A DNA stretch of 64,000 bases from assembly GCF_018350175.1 (NCBI RefSeq), contig NC_058368.1, positions 178,748,001 to 178,812,000 of the forward strand. Reading direction: 5' to 3'. Both the position numbers and the translations under genes were made by a program. The notes below the pieces were generated by a model, which saw nothing but the letters and a program-made list of their open reading frames with translations, was not told the DNA's origin and did not search any database. Origin of the DNA: Felis catus. Lineage: Eukaryota. Below are positions 1 to 12,399 of the stretch, piece after piece; the first letter of the stretch is position 1, and each line of letters starts with the position of its first letter.

Positions 1-579
1 TGCCCCTGAGCTGTGGGATGGTTTCTGCCCAAAGCTGACCTTGGTCTGGGCTTGTCTTCTCCTGTGTCAGCACTTCCCCTGCACTGCACCCCAGAAGCCA
101 TCAATGTATCTGTCCAATCTGAATTGTAGACTTCTTGAAGGCAGAGGCTGTGCCTTATATCAGGGCACACTACATTAACACAATGCCTGGTTCATAGGAG
201 GTGCTGAATACATACGAAAGAATTCATGAATTTCCACCCAGAACCCACACCTGTGTCATGTGTATTTCTCACCGTCTCCTATCCTCCTCCCTTCTGGGCC
301 TACTGGACACTCCTGAGCCCACCTGTAAGACAGAGGTGCTTACAGGCCGTGGGGTATGGCCCTGGGGCTGAATTGTGGTTCTGACATTCACATGCAACCT
401 GTATATAAATAAGGTTTGATGAACTGATCAACTGATTCATTCTTTTTTTTTTTTTTTTTTTTCACATGCCTATTCATTAAACTTTTGTATCTAGGTAAGC
501 CAGATTCAGGTGCTGGATTCACACAACAGAGACCAGCTATGATCTCTGATCTTAACAAGGTCACCACCTGGGCAGGGGA

Positions 580-582
<3 letters not shown>

Positions 583-616
<34 letters not shown>
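583..616. repeat. (CA)17 microsatellite
   Basis: Read directly from the sequence. Confidence 0.95.
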
Positions 617-618
<2 letters not shown>

Positions 619-1935
619 GTAATAATAAAACAATGCATCTTGAGGACAGTGATGGGAGAGGTAAGCACAGGGTGTTAAGGGAGCATGGGGAGGGACACCT
701 CAGCCAGTTGGAAGGAGGCATCTGGCTTCTGCTGGAGGGGAGAGCTGAGCCGAGCCTGACTGTTGTGTAAGAGTCTCAAGGTGGAGAGCAGAATGAAGCT
801 GGCAGGGAGAAAGCAACCCAGGAAAATAGTCTGGCCAGGGCAGCCCTGGAGCCCAGCAGACTGCAAGGCAGAGATTTCTCAATAGAGCAATCCCTTGGCA
901 CTCCTGCTGGGAATTGAGTTATATTTCTTCCCCAGGCTTTTCAGCATCCAGGCCACCTGCTCATCTGGTTCTTGCCATAAAGAATTCACCCCGTGCCAGG
1001 CTGCAATGAGACCTTCCTCCCCTCCTCCTTTCTTCCTCTCCCCCTGGCTTGGCACATATCTAGTTCTGGGAGGCTGAACCAATGGGGAGAGACTGGGTGA
1101 GTGGCTGAGGAAGCCAGGAAGGACAGTGGGACAACCTCAGCAAGCTTGCTGTCTGCAGATGCCAGGCCTTGTAATCCACAGAAATCCACACCTGTCCAGT
1201 GCAGGCTTAGGTGTTCTCCCTTGCTCTTCCCATCTGTAAAATGGAGCTAGACAATCACATTCCAATTAGGTGAGAGCTCATCAGCCATTTTATGCCCTGA
1301 GCGCAGCACAGAACTGACCCAGGGGAGCACTGAATGTATTTGTTGAATAAATGAAAGGCCGGAGAAGACAGATACTAAACATGTGATTGCAAGTGGCGAT
1401 CTGCTTTCCCTAGGCAAAGCAGACCAGGAGGAGGCTGCTTGCTTTTAGGATCTCCTGAGGTGTAGGAGTGGTTTTGCTTATTTTCTCCTTGGGGCAGAGG
1501 CTGTGTCTTAGGGGACCCAGCAAACGGCCTGGAAAACCCAGTGAACATTTATTAAATGACCACCATATGCCAGCTGCTGTGTTTAGGCCCCTGTTGAGCG
1601 GGCTTTCTCTTGTACTTTTCACCACGGCCTCTCGCACAGTTGAGGGCCCTGAGGCACTTACATAACTGGTGCTCCTCAGACATTTATAGTTAGATCAAAT
1701 CACTCGGTTTGATTTAGACCAGAGATTATAAAAGGATTTCATTTCATGGGCCAGCATCTCCTTGTATGGGTCAATTAATTTGAATGCTACACTGAGAGAG
1801 ATTCTGTGGCTGTAGTGGGCTAAATTGTGGCCTCTAAAATGATAGGTCCATGTCCTAACCCTTGGAGCCATGAATAGGATCTTACTGGAAAGTAAATGTT
1901 GAAAAAAAAATTTGGAAAATTAAATTCTCAGATGA

Positions 1936-2154
1936 GGGGCGCCTGGGTGGCTCAGTCAGTTGGGAGGCCAACTTCGGCTCAGGTCACGATCTCGCGGTCC
2001 GTGAGTTCGAGCCCCGCGTCGGGCTCTGGGCTGATGGCTCAGAGCCTGGAGCCTGCTTCCAATTCTGTGTCTCCCTCTCTCTCTGCCCCTCCCCCGTTCA
2101 TGCTCTGTCTCTCTCTGTCTCAAAAATGAATAAAACATTAAAAAAAAAATAAAA
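1936..2154 (+). mobile_element. Can-SINE (SINEC, feline type)
   Basis: GGGGCGCCTGGGTGGCTCAGTC head, B box GTTCGAGCC, (CT)n stretch, A tail. TSD taaattctcagatg at 1921-1934 and 2155-2168. Confidence 0.95.
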
Positions 2155-2245
2155 TAAATTCTCAGATGCAATTAAGTTAAAGGGTCTTGAGATGAGCATA
2201 TCCTGGATTACCTAGGTCCATCCTAAAATCATGGACAAGCATCCT

Positions 2246-2468
2246 TTTTTGTTTTTGTTTTTTTTACACATTAAGATCTAAGTGATATTCTTTTTTTTTT
2301 TTAATGTTTATTTGTTTTTGATAGCACGCATGCACATGGGAGCGGTAGAGAGAGCGGGGGAACAGAGGATCCAAAGCAGGCTCTGTGCTCGGGCTCACAC
2401 TTATGAACTGTGAGATCATGACCTGAGCTGAAGTTGGACGCTTAACTGTCTGGGCCATCCAGGAGCCT
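2246..2468 (-). mobile_element. Diverged Can-SINE with an internal deletion and a double A-tail
   Basis: SINE body at 2291-2468. TSD acaagcatcct at 2235-2245 and 2474-2484. Confidence 0.85.
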
Positions 2469-5329
2469 GGTGAACAAGCATCCTGACAGGAAGCAGAAGA
2501 GAAGACACAGGGAAGAGGAGAAGGCCATGTGAAGACTGGGCAGAGCTGCCGGGAAAGCAGCCACAGCCAGGAATTCCTGAATCCACCGGAAAGTGGAAGA
2601 GATAAGGAATGATTCTCTCCTAATGTCTTTGGAGGGAGCATGGCCCTGTTGACACCTTGGTTTTGGATTTCTGGACTCTGGAACTGCGAGAGAATAAATT
2701 TCTGCCATCATAAGCCCCCCAGTTTGTGGTGATTTGTTAAGGCTGTGCTAGGAAACCGATACTGCGGCCTTCCCAGAGCTCAGCAGGAAGGGGCACCATG
2801 ACAGATGGATGATGTCTGCACGGGCAAGGGAAGGCAGAGGGGCAGGGCTGAGTATCGGCCAACTCTGATTTAGATCAACCGGGTCTTTGAGCGGGGAGAC
2901 TTCGTTTGCATAAGCACATGCCAGATCATCCTATCACCATGATTCAGCACCAAATGGCACAGAAATTCATCAGGACTTCCCTCCTTTAGCTGAAGGGAGG
3001 CAGGTGAGTTGTGGGAAGCAGTGGCACGTCAGTATTCATTGTTGTTGGCTGAACGAAATAATCCTGGAGGCAGAAAACCTTTGGGGAACTTGGGAAAAGT
3101 GAAGGTAGTACCTGGTCATCTTTCTCAGTCCCCCACCTGGCACCTGTAGGTAGGACCACCAAGAATCATCCAGAAGAGATACGGCTTGATGTTGGTGGAG
3201 AAGTCATCCTGGAGTGGGGGCAGATTCTACTTTTGCTGGTGTCACCCATTCTAGAATCTAACAGTCATTCCTGTCATTCCTGTCATTCCTGTCGGGGTCT
3301 CCATCATCACCTCTGTGATGAGGGTGTGACTTCACACCAGCACTTAATCCTTGGTTTTCCTGTCCTACCCACAGCAAAATATCAGCCAAACTCACACTTC
3401 CATGTAATAAGAGGGCAGTCCAATGTGGGTTCAAACATTTGCAGACATGATCTCAAGCCCTGGCTTTTATCCTTCCCTGTGTGATCTTGGAGAACTTCCT
3501 ATCACTGGTCCTAATTTTCCTCATCTGCAAAATAGAAAGAAAATAATATCAACTTCAAGGTGTTACTTTGAGGATTCAACTAGATCACAGAAATAAATGT
3601 TCCCAGTACATACACTTAATGCCTGTGCAAAACTGTTTAAAGACAAAACATTGACACAGACACACAAAATCTGTTGACCTACAGAATTCTAGACCCCTTT
3701 ACTGAATTCTAGACCCTTTTACCTGTTCCTATATATTTTGTCCCCTGAACCTTTGGTGATCACCATTTATTGAGTGCTAACTGTGTGCCAGGCACTGTGT
3801 CAAACTCTTTATGTGTCACTCAATTCAGCCAATCACAATCGCCAATCAAGTAGGTGCTATTGCTATACCCATTTAACAGATGAGGAAACTGAGGCTAAGA
3901 AAGGAAAGCAGCATGCCCAAAGTGACCTACTAAGTAGAAATTCTGTCTCTTAGCCATCATATGGCTCAGCCTCCTCACTGAGGACTCCCCTGCAAATGCT
4001 CTTTCGCTGGCTCGGTATGTGGTGAGTAGACCCCAGGGTCCTGTGGTCCCTTTAGCCCACAGACTCCTTGGGGAAAGGGAATGAGCTCCTTTGTCTTTAG
4101 ATCCCAAGCACTCCAAACTGAGTTTGGCATAGAGTAGCAATCGCCTAGGAGGGCAAAGTGAGTGAATAAAAACTGTCTTAACAAAGTGGAACCTTTGTGC
4201 TCAGACGAAGGAGAGCTCAGTTCTTATCCACCTTCCACCTTTATTTCCTGGGTGACCCTGTGCATGCATGGCAGTTATTTCTTTTGTGAAATGGGGCTAA
4301 TAATACACTCTTTGCTTTGACATGGAGGCAGGGTCAAGGGATCATTTTGAGAACGTTTCAGTTTGAGCAGAGCTAGATGATGCCTATCTGGTTCATGCCA
4401 TGTCCCCAATAGCGCCCAGCAGACAATAGGTACTCAGTGGTTATTTGCTGTATGAGTAAATGACTCAGTGCTCTTCTTGGCGGTTTCATAGTTATTAAAA
4501 GCTGCAGAATGAGCTTTGAACTGTCCTGGTTTGGAGTGGGGCTCTCCACACTCCTGTAGGAACCAGCTGAAAACAGGGTGCTGGGTTAGGGGTAGTCCAT
4601 ACACTCACCTGCTGTTGCCTAGGAAGGGTTAAACCTTGGGCAGCTTGGTCTGGGTGCTCTCCAACCCCGCCTTGCCCCATTACTTTGCCTCCAGCTGAGA
4701 TTAGTCCATTCGTTTACTCATAAACAGGTGGCACACTCCACCTGAGCAGCTAGAGATAAGGGCAATTTTCAAGCTGAAGCACTAAATGCTGCTCTCTGTG
4801 CCTCAGCCCAACTGCTACCTTTGTCTCAGGAGTCTGGGAGGCTGTCTTTTTTTAGGCAGCTCTGCATCCTTTGGAAACCCCATATGTTTAAGACCTGGGG
4901 GGCCAGGAATGGCAACACAGACAGAAATGAAATCCATGATCAGGTTCCCAGAACTGAAGGAGTCTTGGGCCAGGAGAGCATTAGTCAAGTCCTGCCAAAC
5001 CTGCCAAGTCAGGAGTAGTCTGGAGAACCCTCATTCCAGAACTAAGGCGAGATCTTCTCAAGGCTCCAGAAGCCTCAAAATTCTTTATTTCTAGTGCCAT
5101 ATAATCTCAATTCTTAGGACTTCCTCCCATTATGTCTTCCATGCCAGTCAGATAATAGGCCCAGAGATGTCCCTTAACAATCCTGGTTACCAGCAGCCCA
5201 ACAATTCATGCTGGACCATGGCCTGTGAGTCAAGTCTGGCTCACTATGTCTTTTTGTATGGCCACAAGCTAAGAACGGTTTTTACATTCTTTTTTTTTTT
5301 TTTAATTATTTTAATGTTTTTATTTATTT

Positions 5330-6100
5330 ATTTATTTACTTACTTATTTTTAAATATGAAATTTATTGTCAAATTGGTTTCCATACAACACCCAGTGCTC
5401 ATCCGAACAGGTGCCCTCCTCAATACCACTCACCCACCCTCCCCTCCCTCCCACACCACCAACCCTCAGTTTGTTCTCAGTTTTTAAGAGTCTCTTATGT
5501 TTTGGCTCCCTCCCTCTTTAACCTTTTTTTTTTTCTTCCCCTCCCCATGGTCTTCTGTTAAGTTTCTCAGGATCCACGTAAGAGTGAAAACATATGGTAT
5601 CTGTCTTTCTCTGTATGACTTATTTCACTTAGCATAACACTCTCCAGTTCCATCCACATTGCTACAAAAGGCCATATTTCATTCTTTCTCATTGCTATGT
5701 AGTATTCCATTGTGTATATAAACCACAATTTCTTTTTTTATTTTTTTATTTTTTAAAATTTTTTTTTTCAACGTTTATTTATTTTTGGAACAGAGAGAGA
5801 CAGAGCATGAACGGGGGAGGGACAGAGAGAGAGAGGGAGCCACAGAATCAGAAACAGGCTCCAGGCTCTGAGCCATCAGCCCAGAGCCCGACGCGGGGCT
5901 CGAACTCCCAGACCGCGAGATCGTGACCTGGCTGAAGTCGGACGCTTAACCGACTGCGCCACCCAGGCGCCCCTAAACCACAATTTCTTTATCCATTCAT
6001 CAGTTGATGGACATTTAGGCTCTTTCCATAATTTGGCTATTGTTGAAAGTGCTGCTATAAACATTGGCTGATGCATAGGGGCAGTTGTACCCCAATGTTT
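5330..6100 (-). mobile_element. 5'-truncated carnivore/feline L1 (3'UTR plus ORF2 C-terminus) with a short 5' inversion
   Basis: The minus-strand ORF PMFIAALSTIAKLWKEPKCPSTDEWIKKLW is the L1 ORF2 C-terminus. TSD aatgtttttatttattt at 5313-5329 and 6094-6110. Confidence 0.9.
5736..5973 (-). mobile_element. Young SINEC_Fc-type SINE inserted in the L1
   Basis: Perfect 17-bp TSD taaaccacaatttcttt at 5719-5735 and 5974-5990. CpGs retained. Confidence 0.95.
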
Positions 6101-6670
6101 TTATTTATTTTTGAGTCAGAGAGAGACAGAGCATGAGCAGGGGAGGGGCAGAGAGAGAGGGAGACACAGAATCTGAAACAGGCTCCAGGCTCTGGTTGTC
6201 AGCACAGAGCCCGATGTAGGGCTCGAACTCAGACTGTGAGATCATGACCTGAGCTGAAGTCCGATGCTTAACTGACTGAGCCACCCAGGCACCCCTGGTT
6301 TTTACATTCTTAAGTGATTTTAAAAAGTCAAAAGAAGACTATTTTGTGACAAGTAAAAAGTATAAAAATCAAATTTCATTGTTCATAAACAAAGTTTTAT
6401 TAGAAAAAGTCACATCTATTTACCTACAGTCTATGGTGGCTTTTGCGCTCTGCAGAGCTGAGTAGTTGCTGAGGTTCTAACAACTGAGGCCATTGCTTGG
6501 TGTGTTACAAATCTCAGGGATGCTACATGACACTGTCAGATGTGAAATGTGTAAAATCTATTTGCAGTTCAGCATTAACAAGTGAACATTTGCAATTGAT
6601 TTTGATGGTAGGTGATACTCACTTTGAATCCCTATTAAATGAAACATTATCCCCATGAAAGACTCCCATC

Positions 6671-6920
6671 TTTTTTTCTTTTTTAAATATTTTAAAAATA
6701 TTTATTCATTTTTGAGAGAGAGACAGAGCATGAGTAGGGGAGGGGCAGAGAGAGAGGGAGACACAGAATCTGACGCAGGCTTCAGGTTCTGAGCTGTCAG
6801 GACAGAGCCCGACATGGGGCGTGAACCCATGAACTGTGAGATCATGACCTGAGCTGAAGTCAGACGCTTAACCAAAGCTGAAGTCAGACGCTTAACCAAC
6901 TGAGCCACCCAGAAGACCCA
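6671..6920 (-). mobile_element. Can-SINE with an internal 24-bp tandem duplication
   Basis: SINE motifs present. agctgaagtcagacgcttaaccaa occurs at 6852-6875 and 6876-6899. Approximate TSD tcccatctt. Confidence 0.9.
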
Positions 6921-9900
6921 GGAATCCCATCTTCTTATTAGTGGAAATGTATTTCAAAAATTGGGGCTCAATTATTATTATTACATTTTTTCATTAATAA
7001 GATTTGAGAGTTGTTCTTTATTCTCTCTTGCACCTTTATAGTGTCCTAAATTTTGCTTCTTGGCCCGCAAAGCCTAATGTGTTTGCTATCTGGTTCTTTA
7101 CAGAAAATTTGCTGACCTTTGACCTAGACTGTGCCAGAAACTTCGTTATTTTCATCTCCCAACTCCACATCCTAGGTTGTCTTACATCCATACAGAGCCT
7201 AGCAATCCTTTACAGACTGTAGTCAAGTTTGGGTTCAAGTGTTCTCACCACCCTAAGGGGGCATAAAAAATTCACAGGAAGACCTATTAAGATGTACCCC
7301 TTGTCCTGGCCTCCTGGACAGCTCTCTTCTCTCCCCTCCTGGCATATCTGGTTAATACTCTCAAGGAAGCCTGTCCTACTCACCAAGCGCTCATTGATTT
7401 TTCCTCTCCTCTGCTCTGAATCTCCACAGGAGAAATTTAATTCATCCTGGCCACTCCATGGATCAATTGATTCCAGACCAATGGAAAATTAATTCCCTTA
7501 TGTAAACATTTATCAAACATCGTGTTAGTGGCTAGATCAGTGGGAGATCAAATTGGCATGGATCACAACCTCCAAGACCAAGTGGCTTAGGGATTCCAGA
7601 TTCCCCTGGGAGTCAGGAATCTTGAGCCTAGATTTCGAGATACTGCATAAGTTCCACCACTTCTTAACTGTGTGACCTTCTCAAGTTGCTCTGTCTTTCA
7701 TGGTCTGCATTCCTTCATCTGCACAAGATGGGGCTCAGGCTGAGTTAGCACCAGGCTAACCCGAAGAGTTACTTTACACTAGCTAAGTTGGCAGTGAGGC
7801 ACCTGTGCTGGGCTAGCACTGAGTACTGCCAATGTACTCCTTCCTTCCAAGCAATAAACCTAGTCCTCTAGACTCGCCCATCCCCAGCCTCAGACAGAAT
7901 GTCTCTGTAAGCACTTGCAGCCATGTCCTCCCCACCTTCTGCCTCACCCCTCAACCGCAGGCTCCCAAGAATTCTGGAGCAGACTCACCTCCCATAGCCC
8001 CAGGCTCAGCCAAGCCCAATTTCTTCATCCAGGATCAATTATTTTTTTCCTCTTCTTACCTTAAAGAGTAATAATGAATCACACTGTCAAGCCCACAGTC
8101 CTTTCTATTATTCCCTCTGCCTTGGATTTCCTCTTTGGTTGTGTAATTTGGCCTTTACAATATCCTTCCCTTGCTAACAGAACTCAAGCACTCGGGAGGA
8201 GGTGTTGGAGGACATTTGGTCTCCTAAGCCAGGAGCATGGGGAGTTCTTGATTCCTACCTCTCCTCACCCTTATGTCCCTTGGAGCTTTATTCACCCAAT
8301 CCTGCTGCCTATTTCTCTCAAGAATGTCCCAAATTGACCCTTCCTTCCAAGCTCCACAGTCCTATTCTCTCCCTCTCTTGGTTTCCTGGGACTCCTTCCT
8401 CTTTCCCTGTAATCTACTCTCCACACAGCAGCTATGGGGACCTCTGTCAATGCAGACCTGGTCACAAGGCTCTCCTCTCCTGCTTAAATCATTCTATGGC
8501 TCCCCATTACCCAAAGGATGAAATCTAGGTTTCCTTACATATTGGTGGCTCACAGTGAGATCTGACATGATTTTTCTGTCCAAAAGAGTAGTTTCTAAAG
8601 TTGAATTTGGAGGGCTTTAGTAGAGACATAGGCTCAGCTGAGCCTGAAAGCATCTGAGTTTGAGTTGCCACTAGGTTCTTATTCAGCTTACCTCTTGAAA
8701 TGGATATTTGTTACTCCCTCCCCACCCCCCAGATTTGCATCCAAGTCCTTTTTTTTCTTTTTCTTTTTTTTTTTAGGGAAGAATTCTGTCTGAGTCTTGG
8801 AAGAAAGCAGGGTCTGGATGCCACCTCTCCTACCCAGGCAGAGTGGAGGTGCAGGACCCAGCTCGGTCAAGTGCATGTTGCCCCTTGGGCTTTGAGTTTT
8901 GGGGAATGGCCCTGGTACAGAACTCCTCCTGAAAGAGCAGCAAGGTGCTGGCACTGTGGTTCTAAACACAGGGCCCCAGCGGCTGACCCAGACTGCAGTT
9001 CCTGTACCCAGTGTTCCTAGCCCTCGCCTCTCTCGTGAACCTGCTTCTCTGGCTTATCTTAGAGTCTAAGAGTCACTCACGGGCCTTCCTTTGTGTCTTT
9101 CTCCACTTATTGATATGCAAAGTGAGTTTCTGTGGCTACTAATAAGATGCCCAACTGCTGCCCCAAGTCCACACCATCTATGGGCCCTTTGTTCCCTAAG
9201 CTCAAATCTCTGACCATGTTCTTCCACATCCTTAGAGATCTGCACCTGCTGGTCGTAGTGGGAGAGCAGCCAACCCTACGATGGGGGTTTTTTGTTCTGT
9301 GAGCCAATGAAATTTTCCTGGGTGGGATTTTCCATCCCTTGACACCCAAAGAGTCCTATTACAGTCATTAAGTCATAAATGCCATTAAATTTAGAAGACA
9401 TTTATTGAGTATCAGCACTGGGTCAGGCTCAAGGGGAGATCTAAGGCACTAAGATAACAGGCACTAAGTCCCCTTGGCTAGCCCTGAATTGTTTGTCCAC
9501 CCTGGAGCTGTTTCCAAGGAAAAAATCAGGTGTTGTTATTAGAAGGAGGAGATGGGGAATAGGTCCTGAGCAGAAAAGCACAGTAGTCTCAGTGGATACT
9601 GGTGATCGTCATTATCTTATTAATTCTGAAGTTAAGGAAATGTGCTTTCGTTAGGAGATAAGGGACCCTGAGTGGGAGAAGACGGGAGACAAGCTGTGGA
9701 CCGGTGTAGAACCGGCCTTCTCCAGCGAGGGTTCATGCTGAAATCCCCAGTGCTAGAAAGAAAGGACGGTCTAGACCACTTGCTCTGAGGCCTGCCCACA
9801 GCTAACTTCCTGCTCACATCTACTCAGATTGCCCTGGTGCAGATTCACCGTTTTCAAAATTCTTAGAGAGAGCCACAGAGAGAGAACATGGGATGTCTTC

Positions 9901-11477
9901 ACTACCTCTTCCCACGCCATTCTTCAGGGATGAATTCGGGATGCTCCTAAGGCTGAAATTCAGAGTTAAACACCTTGCCCTGTCTAGTCAAGCTTTTATC
10001 AATCTCTCCCGTGTCTCTGTGCCTCAGTTTCCTCATCTGTAACATGAGACAGTTTGAGTTGACTGCACTATTGACCTTGCAAGACTGCTGTGAAGATCAA
10101 GCCTAAGATTCCAGTTTTGAAACACACTGAAACGTGCAGTCTGACAGAAATATCCGCCAAAATGATTTAGAAGGTAAGTATGTTCTGTCTTTACCTGAAT
10201 TCAACCATTTGGATGGTGGTGCCTTGCTTTTAGAACTCCAAGTCCTTCCCAGGTCCACAAAAGTTCTGCCTGACCTGCCCCCACCAAACCTCCAACATTA
10301 TCATGTGTCCCTTTCCGCTTTGGGCCTTTTCTGATCCTCAAAAATGGAAGACTCCCACAGGATCATGCCTTGTGGTGACCTCTCCTGCCTCAGAGCTGTC
10401 CTCTCCTCTCTCCAGTCAGGCTCAGCCCAAAGCTCACCTCCTCACGGAAGCCTTCCCTGATACCTCACTTCAGGTCAGGGGTCCTGATGCACATACTTGT
10501 AGCACTGGACTTGGCCTTCTTCGCTCTGATCACAATGGCAGTTAATTAGTTATTTGCATAAGGGGTTGATTTATGTCTGGCTCTCCTGCTAGAATATAAG
10601 CTCCTGGAGGGCAGGGACTATGAGAGACCTACTCCGCGCTCAGTCCCATAGTCCAATTAAAAGTTCGTAACAAGTATTTACTGAAAAAAAGAAAATGAAT
10701 AAATGCACTAATTAAATAATTTAATTCCTTTTCTATAGTAGATATTGGGGTAGATACTGATTAGATCACATATTTTACCCAAATCAACGGATTGGGTAGA
10801 AAAATCCAAAGGCAATTGGGAAGCATTAACAGATTCACAGGCAAATCTGCTCATTTAGAGAGAAACTTCATGGAAAGTATCATCACTAGTAACTTTACAA
10901 TACAAGCTATGTAGTGGTCATTTGGGCCAACAGGCAGGGAAAATCTTCTTTTGTAATAGTCAGGAACAAAAAAGATCCTGAAGCTGCATCCAATATTGTC
11001 TTTGCAAATACTTAGTAAGCATGTACTATTCATAAACTGAGCAAATAATTGGGGAGTGCCTCCCGGGTGCCGGGCTCTGTGCTGTGCCCTGGGATGGCTG
11101 AGATGAACCAGACAGACAATGTCCTGCTCTCAAGCAGTCTAAATGGGAATTTGGAAAACAAACAAGTAAATAAATGACACAGTCCTGCAGAAAGTGTTTT
11201 CAAAAAACCCACTTTTGATGAATCATGAACCGCTCCATAAATCAGGCACAGCAGCCCGACTGTACAGAGGAGGGGACTGAGGCTCAGAAAGAAGTGATCC
11301 ACCCAAGGTCACCGGGCTCATGAGTGGTGGGGCTGGAGTTTGTTCTCCTCTTTGTCACACAGGGACTTTGTTTCCCTCTTTGCCTGGCACTTCTTGTGGC
11401 CAGATTGGTGTGGAAGATGCCAGAGGCTTTGGTGATTGAGATGGAACTGGAATTTTGCATAATAAGGATTTACTGAG

Positions 11478-11590
11478 CTGCATCTGGATGGCTCAGTCTG
11501 TAAAGCATCCAACTCTTGATTTTGGCCCAGGTCATGATCTCACAGTTCATGAGTTCGAGCCCTGCGTCGGGCTCTGCACTGACAGCTCTT
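11478..11590 (+). mobile_element. Can-SINE 5' half only
   Basis: ggatggctcagtctgtaaagcatccaactcttgattttggcccaggtcatgatctcacagttcatgagttcgagccc; no (CT)n stretch or A tail. Confidence 0.8.
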
Positions 11591-12399
11591 GTCCCCACCC
11601 TTCTGGAAACCAGGGTATCATCATCTGTATTTTGGGGAAAAAATAGCCAATTTGAAGTGTTGCTGGTGCCCTTTAATTGGCAGACATATTCAGGGGTGGT
11701 CCTGGGGTGGCTGTGAGTCCTTCAAAGCATCCTGAGCTTAGTCTCTTCTATTTCTCCCTCCACGCAAACTCTTGTCCCCACTGCTCTCCCCTTTAGTAGT
11801 GATAAAATCCAACCTGTTGCCAAGTCCTGTGAGGTCATGCTAGTTTCTGCCCCTTCACTTTGCTCACCACCCCGGTCTTGGGGTTATTCCTCAAACATAC
11901 CATGCTCTTTTCCTCTCCAGGGTCCTTGCACTTTGCTGTCCCTCCCGCCCTGGTGGAGTGGTCTTCTTTCAGCTGTCTGCATGGCTGGCTTCTTCACGTA
12001 TCCAAGTCTCTGCTCCAATGTCACCTCACTCACTGTCTGAGCCCTGACCCTGCTTTGGCTTACTTTATAGCAATGATCACTACCTGGCCTAGTATTCAAT
12101 GCTAATATAATTATATAACCTGCTTATGTTTTTTGGCTGTTTCCCCCATTAAAAATTAAGTTCCACTAGGGTATGGACTTTGTTCCCTGCTGTGGCTCCT
12201 ACACCTAGTTCAGCACCTGGCACAAAGTAGGCGCTAAAGAGAATCTTGTTGAATTAATTAAATTCACAAAGTTAGAGGGACTCCCCCCTGCCACTCCACC
12301 CCGCTTAGCTAGCTAGTCCTTCGGGTTTATAATGAGAAGTTTCCCCTTGTTTTAGGACCCACAAGGGCACCACCTGTGTTGTGTTTCATGTGAATGAGT

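Larger units (their letters stand above)
1811..2763 (+). mobile_element. MaLR (MLT1-type) solo LTR interrupted by two Can-SINEs
   Basis: Begins tgtagtgggctaaattgtggcc and ends agaataaatttctgcc...cagtttgtggtgatttgtta...ggaaaccgatac, matching recalled MLT1 termini. Confidence 0.7.
5292..6295 (-). mobile_element. Can-SINE (body 6101-6295) whose tail is split by an L1 insertion
   Basis: TSD ggtttttacattctt at 5277-5291 and 6297-6311. Confidence 0.85.
5195..7128. mobile_element. hAT-Charlie DNA transposon relic (MER58/Cheshire-like), host of nested insertions
   Basis: Contains gctaagaacggtttttacatt, aaagttttattagaa and the terminus tggcccgcaaagcctaa...tttacagaaaatttgctgacc, recalled as MER58-family motifs. 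Confidence 0.6.

Noticed and set aside
1936..2020. tRNA-like A/B boxes
   Set aside because: They belong to tRNA-derived SINE heads; no independent tRNA gene is evident.
1896..2171. Recurrent ORFs such as MAQSVKRPTSAQVMIS and RGRERGRHRI across the window
   Set aside because: These are translations of Can-SINE bodies, not a gene family.
3264..3722. (TCATTCCTG)3 and a 20-bp tandem duplication gaattctagacccctttact
   Set aside because: Ordinary slippage duplications with no spacer structure; not CRISPR-like, and the DNA is eukaryotic.
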